38,090 bases of DNA. Source: Geosiphon pyriformis uo1 (lineage: Eukaryota > Fungi > Glomeromycota). Numbering within the stretch: the first letter of the stretch is position 1; the number at the start of each line of letters is the position of its first letter. Below the pieces are notes generated by a model. That model was not told the origin of the DNA, made no database searches, and saw only the letters and a list, made by a program, of their open reading frames with translations. Location of the stretch: the NCBI GenBank assembly GCA_016748015.1, contig JAAOMT010000508.1, positions 4,620 through 42,709 of the forward strand. The letters run 5' to 3'. A program made the translations under genes and the position numbers. Shown here in pieces: positions 23,411-34,659 of this stretch.

Positions 23411-26400
23411 GTAGTGACCACACCAGATGCAATAACTCTAGAGTATTACTAGTCAATTTACATCCACTGCAAGCAAAGATTCAACATTCCAGACGGAATT
23501 GAAGTTGTCAAGAAATCAGTATACCAATACATTGAAAACTACATCAACAATTATCTTTTTGGAAATTACAATATCTCAGAAGTTAGAAGCAATCTTTACA
23601 ATAATTTAGTACACTATTCACAGTTGGAAACTGAAGACCTTAACAGTAAAACACTTGCCACTTACTTTCAAGAACTTAATTTTAACATTATTAAGTACTG
23701 TGAAGAAACATATCTAGTGCAGTCTTAATACTTTATTGATTTTGAATCAGAGACAGAAACAAGCAACAAAGGCAAACCCAAATTGAAACAATACTCAAAA
23801 ACCACCCCAAATACTCCAATACTACCAAAAACAACTGCCAAACACTTGCAAACACCTAAACAAAGAACCAGTGTCAAATTACTACTTACTATCACACCTT
23901 TTTCAGCTTTACTTGCACAAGCACAAACATGTAATTCACTCTTAAATTGATTTGCAAGACCAAAAGATTTTACAGCATCCAAAAGTCCCACCAGACAACA
24001 AAAACCCCTTCAAACTAGTTCTAATCTTTTTGACTTTCTAACTGAAAATCAAAGTGAACACTCTGAAACAGCAGCGAATAAAGAAAATGACTCTGAAATA
24101 TCTGAAGAAGAATTAATAGACAGTGAAAACAAAGAAGACAAAATGACAACATACATTGTAAAAATCTCTGAATTTAATAGAGAAGACATTGAGACCAGTT
24201 CTCAAGAATGGCTCAACCAAGTTACTAAAGCTGGAGATGCAAATGGATGAAATGCTGCCAGAATGTTAAGAACAATTCCCTACTTTCTCAAAAGAATGGC
24301 AGGTGAATGGTTCGAAAACTTGACCACTCCTTTTCATGACTGGACAGCTTTCAAAACTGCCTTCTTAAAACAATTCACTGATAACAACACCTCAATCACA
24401 CTCTGAAATTGTTTTCACAATATCAAACAAGAACTCTCCAAATCTGTCATGACTTATATTGAGAAATTCAACAAACTTCTTAAACAAATTTGCCAACTTG
24501 AAACTAATGATTATTATTCCGATGCTCAAATCTTGGATCAATTTATCACTGGTTTAAAGGATAAACTGATTAAAAAGATTTGCCCACATGCTCCAGAAGA
24601 TTTAAACTCTGCCATTCAGTATGTAAAGAAATATGAAATGGCCATGGAAGAAGCCAATCATATAAAACTTGTGAACTTAGCCATTGGAGAAACCAGCTTA
24701 GTAGCTGAAGAGAAAATTGACCAACTCACAAAAAAAGTTGAAAACTATTTCACCAACCAACAACAACAGCAACCCCAAAGATATTAACCACCCTAAAGAT
24801 AGAATCAAAACAACTTCGCATCATCTTCTAATAACCAGCCTCAGAATTGCCATTACTGTGGAATCCCTGGCCACTGAAAAAGAGATTGCAGAAAGCTACA
24901 ACAAGACCAACAAAACAAGAGTAATCAATGTTACCCTTCACCACAACAATCTTATTACTAACTACCACTACCACTAGCTTACTATCCACCAAGACTGCAA
25001 TATCAAACTGACTATTATCAATCTGTTCCACAGCCAATGCAACAACAGTATTGACAACCCATTCAACATTACCAAGTACCTGCTCAAAAATTGATTCAAC
25101 AAAACCAATTTGCACCACAAAACCAATTCACAACAAACAACAACAGAATCAATCCAAATAACCAATTAATTCCCCAAAATCCAGCTTAGCCAAGATCCAC
25201 CCATTATCATACTCAACCTAGCTATCTTACAATACCTGAAGAACAGGATTTTCATTATACTGTACTTTTGGAAGGTAGAGCTGCAGCACAACAACAAAAC
25301 CCTTCCTATACTCCTACTACAATCTTACCAGCCAGAATTGCTGAAAACGCCAACCTTTCAGATATATTTTCTTTTGAGTTTGAAGCAAATAAGTCACCAT
25401 TTCTGCTTAGCAATGCAGCCACCAACAAACAAAAAGCAATCACTGCTATGTACACTGAAGCAAAAGTCAAAGAAAAGGCAATTTGCTTGATCTTAGACAA
25501 TGAATCTGCTGGAAGCATCATCACCTACCAGTTGATACAACAATTAAAAAAAAATGTTGACCAACCAGCTCAGACAGTAATCATTACTGCTAATGGCATG
25601 AAAAAAACTCCAGTAGGAGAAATTAACAATTTTCTGTTCACTCTTAATGGAATCACCATTCCAGTCAAAGTTCTTGTAATGGACGCGCCCCAGTATTAAG
25701 CCCTTGTTAGAAATAATTGGCTTCAAAAAGCCAATGCAAAATTAGACTGGGAAACCCAAGAATTACAACTCTCCTATCAAGGACAACATGCCTGAGTACC
25801 CACTACTTGTGGTACATTCAACAAACAATCAGAGAAAGCCCCTGTCTTTGAATTTGAAGAGGAGAAAGAAAAACCTGTAGTCAAAACATTTATGGTACTT
25901 GAATCAACATCTAACTGGGCTGAAGAAACTGAGCAAACATATTTTGCAACAAACTCATATCCAGAGGAACTAAAAACCTCTGGATGAAACATCTCATATT
26001 CTAAACCAGAACCAAAGAAACAACACCCTTACATTCCACTCAAATGCAAAGACTGTCACAAGAAACTTTCCTCAATAGGAGTCTGCATCTTGTCAGAGAA
26101 AGAATATGGAAGTCATACTTGTTACTTTTACAATGCCTGTCATCAAGAACAATGGGGCCACTTGATTAAAAGAAGTGGAAAATGGGATGGAACACCTTGT
26201 CTTACTTGTGGAAAGCAGCTTTCCAACGAATGTGATTAGATTGACATTGTCTTTAGAGAAGAAGTCTGTGATCAAACTTGCTAATATGCTCTTTCTATTA
26301 CAGAAAAAGTAAAACGTAGAACACCTTTCAATACCGTGTACAACAGCGCTCTCAACAAACTTTATTACTACCCCCATAACACTGAAATGATCTATGAACT

Positions 26401-29037
26401 TGCCATGATCTTAATTGATAGAGGAACCAAAGAAGATGTTCTTCAAATGAAAGAAGCTGAATATATCAAATATACCTTGGAATTAGCTGGATTTGATTAT
26501 GAAGATGAAGTAGAAGTGTACCATCAAATTACAAGTCACACCTATCTGACTAAAGAAGCTCAAGCTCAATGGCTAGAACAAATGAACATTAAATTATGTG
26601 AGGAATGCATAATGCCTTGTGATGAACAATGGTGTTCTGAATGCTATACTCTTAGCATTCCCTTGTCCAGTGAAAGTGATGAATACAAAATTGAATTTGG
26701 AGAACCTGAAGCAACAGAAGAAGTTGAAACAACACCCATCTATCTCATCAAAAATCAGTCTGCTTCATGACTCAAATACTTCAACAACAATGGACAAGGA
26801 ATAAAACCAGAAAAAGTCCACAAAATTGATGCTGAATATGATCTAAGATATCCAAGAAAAGATACTCTTACTCTCAAACCCAAATCACTCACAAAAATCA
26901 ACCTCAAAATTGTCTTCGAAATCCCACCAGGAGCAACAGTCCAGATCACTTTACAATCATCATTGGCAAGCAAAGGAATTAATATTAGAGAAGGAATTAT
27001 AGATGCTGGATATACAGAAGATATTACAATCATGTTACAAAATGAAACAAATAAGCCTTTTTAGATTGAATATGCTGAAAAAATTGCTCAAGCTATTTAT
27101 TTACCCTTAATCAATATTTCAGACTTACAGTTAGTCAATCAAAGAAAACAGTTGGGAAAAAATGAAAGAGGAACACAAGGTTTTGGTTCAACTGGACAAT
27201 TTACAGTTCCAGTGAACATAGCTCTCAATGAACAGAATGAGTTTCACCAGATTTTACACCTTCCCCAACCAATCACTATTTCAACTTTTAGAAAACACCC
27301 TGAAATCTATACCTGCCCAAAGCCAACAACCACTCAACAAATTTTTAAATCCAATGAACGAATTTGCTTGGAACATAATATTTTGATCCCAAATATTTAC
27401 ATCCCAGAAGGAACAAAAAAAGTCCAAGTTACTTTTTACAACTCCAATAATTACCCCATAGTTTTATTAAATAACTTAGAAATTGGAGTTATTCACAGTA
27501 ATATCTTTCAACAAGAACTACCCCAAACAGTCCCCGATTTCTCTAAAATTATTGGATATTCACTACCAAAAATCAACCCAAAACCCAGCTCTAAAAACTA
27601 CCATGTTGTCATGGAAAACCTATCTTAAATCAACATGGGACAACTTGAACCACAACAACAGAGCCAGCTCAAAGAGCTAATTGCAAAATTTGCCAATATC
27701 TTTGCTGAAAACAACAATGACTTAGGAAGAACCAATTTGGTTCAACACCAAATCTATACAGAAGATGCCAAACCAAAGTAACAGCAAGCCTACTGAGTTG
27801 CTCCAGAAAGTCACCAATTTATCCATGAAGAAGTACAACAGATGCTCAACAATGGGCTTATTCAACCATCAATGAGTCTATGGGCCTCACCTGTGATCTT
27901 AGTTAAAAAAAAAATGGAAAGATACAATTTTGTGTTGATTATCAACAACTCAACAGTGTTATCATTGGAAATACCTATCCCTTTTCCCGAATTGATGATA
28001 TGTTGGATGCCTTTGGAAAGGCCAAATACTTTTCAACACTAGATCTAGAAAGCAGATACTGGCAAGTTGCTATGGACCCCAAAGATTGTCCCAAAACAGC
28101 CTTCACAACCCAAGAAAAAAATTATGAATTCAATGTAATGCCTTTTGGATTATGCAATGAACCAGCAACATTTCAGAGATTAATGGATATTGTGTACAAA
28201 AGACTCCTTTGGAAGTTAGTAGTCGTTTATCTTGATGATACTGATGTTTATTCTCCATCGTTTGAATTACACTTAAAACACCTGCAAAAAGATTTTTAAC
28301 AATTACAAAAAGCAGGACTAAAACTCAACATCAAAAAATGCTACTTTGGAAAAACAAGCTTGGTCTTTCTTGGTCATATTGTTAGTAAAAATGAAATTAA
28401 ACCAGACTCTGGAAAAATCAGCACTGTCAAAAAATTCAAAACTCTTCAGAACACTACAGAACTAAGAAGATTCATAGAGTTAGCCTCCTACTATCAGAAG
28501 TTTATCAAAAGATTCTCAGAAATTGCAAAACCTTTCAACCAGCTTACCACCAAAAACATCGAATACAAATGAGCTGCTGAACACCAAAACGCATTTGAAA
28601 TCCTCAAAGAAAAACTAACAACAGCTCCAATTCTCGCCTATCTAGATTTCAGCAACCAATTCTGGTTAGCAACAGATGCCTCTTATACTGTTTTTGGTGC
28701 CATTCTATCACAGTTAGATGACAATGGAAATGAGCGAGTAATTGCTTATGCTAGTAGAACATTGAAACCAGCTGAAAAGAACTACCCTGTAACAGAATTA
28801 GAAACTGTAGCAGTAATCTGGGCCTTACATTACTTCAACCTTTACCTCAGACCCAAAGAATTTGATATTATTACTGATAATATTGGACTCAAATAGCTTC
28901 AGAACAAAAACACTCAGCTAAATGCAAAACAAACCCAATGAACAGGATTTTTAGCCAATTATCAATATATTGTACACCACAAACCAGAAAAACTTTACAC
29001 CAACGTTGATTGTCTCTTAAGAATGAGGCAAAATTAG
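23411..29037 (+). pseudogene. Gypsy A gag-pol polyprotein: N-terminal domain, capsid, CCHC, aspartic protease, Cys-rich domain, dUTPase, RT, RNase H
   Basis: One frame from about 23411 to 27914, then a 1-nt slip in an A run. Capsid EWLNQVTKAGDANG*..AGEWF; knuckle CHYCGIPGH*KRDC; PR LILDNESAGSII; RT WASPVILV, LDLESRYWQ, MPFGL, YLDD; RH TDAS, ELET, ITDN. Confidence 0.93.
26771..27196 (+). pseudogene. dut: Trimeric dUTPase domain within Gypsy A pol
   Basis: All five motifs, degraded by transitions: DAEYDL, QSSLA, GIIDAGYTE, EKIAQ, RGTQGFGSTG. Confidence 0.92.
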
Positions 29038-29086
29038 AATACAAAACCAACACCCATTTGAATTAACAACAAAACAACAAACAATA

Positions 29087-30469
29087 AATCCTGAAAACTA
29101 CAACAATCTTAAAAAATATTTGGAGATATTAACAATCCCAACAGATTGGTCCCCAGATAAAAAACATCAGTTACAACAACAAGCCAAACAATACCTCTTA
29201 TACAACAACATGATTTATTATCGAAACTTTAGAAACCCAGACAATCTGCTCAGATTAATACAAGAACATGAAAAAAAAACCATTTTATATAACATGCACT
29301 CAGACCTTTCATCAGCACATCTAGGAAAAGACAGCACCACCCAAAAAACACTAGAATATTACTTTTGGCCTCAAATAAGAAAAGACATTCATGAATACAT
29401 TAAGTCTTGTGATAGTTGTCAAAGAAGAGAAGGAACTCACCCTATAGAACCTTTAAATCCAATCAAAGTTGGACAGCCTTTTGACCAAGTTGGTATCAAT
29501 TTATTTGGACTACTACCTATTACAAACCAAAGAAATCATTATATTGCAGTAGCTGTAGACTATCTCACCAAATGGCCCAAAGCCAGAGCCATTTAATGAG
29601 CAGATGTAAAATCAGTAGCAAACTTCATCTATGAAGACATTATTTGTAGACATGAATGCCCAATAGAACTTTTATCTGATCAAGGAACACATTTCATGAA
29701 CAATTTAATCCAGAAAATTTGTGGACAATTTAATGTCAAGAGACTATTATTTTCACCCTACCATCCACAAACAAATGGACTTATAGAACGTTTCAACAAA
29801 ATATTGTGTAAATCATTAGCCAAAGTCTCAACCGATTTTGAGCAAGAATGGGATCTCTTTATTCTATCAGTGTTACTAGCATATAGAATACTAAAACAAA
29901 ATACCACAAAACACACACCATTTGATTTAACCTATGGAAAGACAGCAATGTTACCAATTAATTTTATAGTGAAAGCATACCCAGTACAACTAATTAATAA
30001 AGACAACTTTCAGGAAACACTACAACAAAGAGCCTACACTTTGCTTAGCATGTTGAAAGGAAAATGACGAATAGCAGCCACTCATATTAAACACTCCCAA
30101 GCTTAATAAAAAAAATGGCATGATGACAAATTGCCTCCAGTTACCAATGAATTTAAAATTGGAAACAAAGTTTTCTTACACAGAACTAAAGTTGAAAAAC
30201 AATGGAGTGGAAAATTTGAAAATAAATGGGATGAACCATTCTTTATCCATGAAGTCCTAGACAATGGATCATACAAGCTAAGACTTGATAACAAAATTCT
30301 AGTAAAAGTTGCACATGGAGATTGTTTGAAATATTATAATTCCAGAAACAATCTTGAATCATTAATTCCACAAATTGGTACATACTCCCCTTTAATCAAA
30401 CCCGAAGATATTCTCCAAAATTTAGAACCAATAGTTGTTATTGAACAACCTCCCAACTTGAACACTTAA
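29087..30469 (+). pseudogene. Gypsy A integrase (HHCC, DDE core, GPF/Y-type C-terminus; no chromodomain)
   Basis: HSDLSSAH..CDSC; VGINL (D>N), DYLTKW, SDQG, YHPQTNGLIERFN; KWDEPFFIHEVLDNGSYKL. Frame differs from that of RNase H. Confidence 0.93.
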
Positions 30470-30593
30470 TTTAAATTTATTATTATTATAGTTATTTCCT
30501 TATAATTTAGAAACAATCTTACAAAAACAAAACAAAATAACATAAAAACCCATACACCAAAAATAATTTTCTTTTATTTTCAAATTTCTTATA

Positions 30594-31313
30594 ATGACTA
30601 TTTCTCAAAACATTCAACAATTATCCCAAAAACTAATGTTAGCTTTAAAAACAATATCCAAATTATCTATTACTGTTATTGGAAACCACATTAATTATAC
30701 CCAAACAGAAATAATTACAAAATTAGCCCCAAATTCACAAAAATATCAACCGTATAAGAAGAACACAAGAAATTATTCTGGAATTCACCTGCCAGAACTT
30801 TTAAAGCTTGCTTTAAGAGAAAACTTAATGCTCACTCTGATTAGTATTCCACCAAATGCTACAATTCAACAAAGACTTCAACTGTGTCTCAATGAGGAAA
30901 GCATTAAATACCCTCCAATCTATAGATATTTCTACATTGGAAAAACACTCTACAAATGAAAACTGGAACTTACAACAGCAAACCTTACAAAAGAAGCTAT
31001 TCAGAAACAACTCCACAATGAATTCAAGACAACAGCTAGACCAACAAACAGTCACTACAAGCTCAGAGCTGCTCTTAGACTTTATGACTTATTCCACATC
31101 TGTGAAAATGTTCTACAAAACCCAATTTTACAACCTTTAAAGATTCAATACATTGGAAAGCTTATAGAACTGAAATTTCAACAATTTTCAGACCAAATTT
31201 CTTCAATAATTTTGGATTATTATTTGGAAATTACAGACAGTACTTGGATTTCAACGGAGCTCAGTCTTAAGAAGGAGGTTATATTACTAGATGAAATTAG
31301 AGATATTATTTAG
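30594..31313 (+). pseudogene. Extra ORF3 of Gypsy A (239 codons, env position, unknown helical protein)
   Basis: ATG at 30594 and a single internal TGA at 30957. The frame continues KLELTTANLTKEAIQKQLHNEF..RAALRLYDLFHICEN..IQYIGKLIELKFQQF..LSLKKEVILLDEIRDII* and ends inside the 3' LTR. Confidence 0.75.
31269..31278 (+). promoter_or_regulatory. Polypurine tract AAGAAGGAGG (Gypsy A)
   Basis: Purine run 3 nt upstream of the 3' LTR. Confidence 0.85.
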
Positions 31314-32256
31314 CATGAAATTATCTTTATTCCTATCATTAATTAGCATATATTATTGTTTCAAATTATTACTTATTACATTAGCAAAATATCTGAAATT
31401 ATCATTTAATTAATAATTCAATTTGCACATAACACAAATGTAACCTAAGTGTGATAATCAATCATACAACACCCCGAAATATGTAACATTCAAAAGTTTG
31501 CCAAAATTTGTAGAAATTTGTCGAAATAATTGATAGTTCACTAAAATATCTAATAGTTCGCAGAAATAACTTGTAGTTTGCCAAAATGTATTTTTAGTTC
31601 AGCAAAATTGTAAAAAAGAGCAAAATTCAAGTTCATAGAATAGTATTATGACAAGTTATATAAAAGAAGAGCTTCTCTCATCAAAAAAATGTATCTTACT
31701 TTAGATTTATCACTTAAAACCATTCTTATATACACAAAAAGAAATAAATATCAAATAATTCGAAAAACCAAATTTTTTAATTATTGCACTTGGAAAATCC
31801 TCAAAACCCAACTAACGTTTTGAAATTGATTAGCTACCAATTTCAGTAAACTGTTAGTGACTCCAGGCCTGGATAGAAAACGTTTTTCTTGACAGAATTC
31901 TATTTCTTTTACATTTCTTTTATTTTCTTGTATTTTTTTATTACAATCATTAAGGTAGCCTACAGACGAGATTCCTGTAAAAGAGTTGACTTTCACAGCA
32001 AAGTAACTACACATTTTAGTAAGCTTCCAAACAAGCAATTCCTGGGAAAAAGTTGATGTTTACTACAATATAACTACATAAAGTGACTGGCATGGAATTA
32101 GCCATTCCACTTATAAGCCCAGCAAGTTCAAATTATAAAAGATAATTTGAAGATAAATTCAGTTACTGGAGGTCTAACTACTTCCTAGAAACGTAAATTC
32201 ACAGCAAATCAACATTAACAATATTCAAAAAAAGAGACCAAAAACCTCTGGTAACA
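31282..32256 (+). repeat. Gypsy A 3' LTR
   Basis: TATTACTAG (TG>TA)...CTGGTAACA; 975 bp. Confidence 0.96.
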
Positions 32257-32614
32257 CTGGGAATAGACTTTGTGATAGCCTGGTAAAAAAAAAGCTCTTT
32301 CTAGGTTTTTGGATATTAATATTATCTTAATAGTTTACTAGAAGAGCAAAAAAACAATGCCAGATCTTAATGACTGCACTCATTAGCTCGGAGAAAAAAG
32401 CTCACCTTTATAAGAAGTTGCAATCAGCAAAAACCAAAACTCTGTGCCTTATAACCAAAAAACTAAATAAGTAAATTTACAACCAGTAAAATAAGATCTT
32501 CAGAGACTGATAATCAAGATTAAACAGCCAGAATTACATAAAACACACCTTACCAATAATTGAGAGCACCAAACATTACTATTTTTCTATCCTACCAAGT
32601 TTACCCATAATATT

Positions 32615-32624
32615 TGGTGCTCTC
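32615..32624 (+). promoter_or_regulatory. Primer-binding site TGGTGCTCTC (Gypsy B)
   Basis: Same sequence and 2-nt spacing as in A. Confidence 0.8.
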
Positions 32625-34659
32625 TGTAAAATTATAAATCCACAGAAACAGAGTACTCCAGAAATTCACAAAAGTAGTAAATATTGGAACAATAGAAAAG
32701 AACCACTCTTTATACAGAAGAACATTATTTCAATACTTTTAAAAAGACTTAGGAATACTAGCAGAAACTACTTATGCAGAAAGTGATTTTTGTAACTATA
32801 TCAATGCAAAAATTTACTGCTTATTATACTGTACAACTAACACAGAAAAACTGAGAGAACAAATTCATCAAAGCTTATTAAGGTACTTAACAGCCATAAC
32901 TACCTGAACAATTGCTAAAACTCTGTACATAATTAATACAAACATTAAATATTACATGGCAAAACAATTCTCTTAAGTACAACAACCAGTGGAATCTGAC
33001 TCTAAGAAACACAAAAACAAATTTAACAACCCTACAACTGTTCAAGCCAAGTCCATGGTCAACAAAAAACCAAAATTCCTTTCTTCAACAACTCTATCAT
33101 ACTATCAGACATCCCAAAATAAAATTGTATTCAATCCATCCCTGAAAATCCAGTCAGAAACACCACAAACTCCTGAAAATCTACACCCTTGGGGTCAACA
33201 CAGTTGGACCAAATCATTAGGAGAATATGGATTATTGTTTGGAAATCTTTACCCTAACAATTAATAAAACAGATAGAAATATGTCAATATAAGAATTACT
33301 ATCAATCCAACTCTTGATTGAATTATCAACTACTTTCTCTGAAAAAACAGCTATCCTCCAGCCCATTGAAAAAATTAACAAAGAAAAACAACCAGAATTA
33401 GCACCAGGAGAACACTCTAACATACAAACACCAAACTCCTTAGCATCAATCAGTAAGACTTCACCTACTCATTAGATTATGGCTTACTGAGATATTGCCA
33501 AATTAGAAAAATTCTCTAGTAAAAAAAATGACACATATATATGCATTGCAGAAGCCAAGAAAGTCATTACTGCCAACAATTGGGATGATAATAGGACCAT
33601 TCAAACATTGCCATTCTTTCTGACTGGAACTGCAGACTCATAATATCAAAGCCTTGCAAAGAAACCAACCGACTTCACTGTCTTTAAACTTGCTTTTCTG
33701 CAATACTTTTGTGACCCCAACACTCTTATCAAATTACAAAATCAGTTCAGTATTATAAAACAAAAAAATCATAAAGCAGTAACCACTTATCTTAGATGAT
33801 TTAACCAAATCTTTTATTAAATTCAGGCCATTAAAAGAGACTACTACACTGTGGCACAAATCTTTAATTAATTCATTAAAAGATTAAAGAACAGCCTTCT
33901 CCAATCTGTAAGACCCTATTACCTGACAAACCTACAAGAGGCAGTTATTCTTGCTTGTAACTTTAAGTCAGTAAAACAAAAGACTATTTATACTTAAGCC
34001 ATTAATCTGGCTATTAATGAAACATTTAATATTGACACAAAAATAACTCAATTAAGTAAAAAATTAACTCAGAAAATTGAAAGATTTTTAGCCAGTACTG
34101 TAGGATTCTACTAGCTACTACAACAAAGAGATAATAATAATAACAGATACCAATAACAACAAAATCATCAGCAATACCAACAATCTTGGAAATCTGATTT
34201 CTGCAATTGTTACTATTGCCAGAAATTTGGACATATTGCCCAAAACTACTATAAGAAAGTAATGGACCAAAATCAAGAAAATCAATATCAACAACTAAGA
34301 TATTCTCAAAATATGGTATTTCAATACCCTATGTCTTAATATTAACTGTCTCAATACTTACAACAAATTCATTATACTTAGCAACTGTCTTAAAACTACT
34401 ACTAGTCATTACAGCCAATGGCTTAAACAGCACTCCAATACCAAAACCCTGTTAATAACCAATCTAAACATCATGTAATTGATTACAACCAAGAATGAAA
34501 AAACTCCAGCAACAATTAAATACCAACTAACAGTGTATCATCATGATTCCTAAATCATAGTAATGTCCCATCTTGACCAGCACCAACCAAATACCTTAAC
34601 CAAGTCTTATATCTTAGTCTCACTAAAAACCAGGATTTTTATAGTATTACACTTTTAGA

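Larger units (their letters stand above)
22391..32256 (+). mobile_element. Complete Ty3/Gypsy LTR retrotransposon A (9866 bp)
   Basis: Two 975-bp LTRs; TSD TTGG (22387-22390) / CTGG (32257-32260), differing by one transition; PBS and PPT; domain order PR-RT-RH-IN. Confidence 0.97.

Noticed and set aside
27904-27915. Programmed frameshift at the A run in RT
   Set aside because: It lies inside the conserved VKKKNGK RT motif; a homopolymer indel or sequencing error is simpler.
23411-30469. Alternative genetic code or stop read-through to explain the many in-frame stops
   Set aside because: All three stop types occur and trace to CGA/CAA/CAG/TGG transitions, alongside missense changes at catalytic residues. 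This is mutational decay.
30594-31313. Calling ORF3 an env gene
   Set aside because: No signal peptide, fusion peptide or TM anchor visible. Kept as an unknown accessory ORF.
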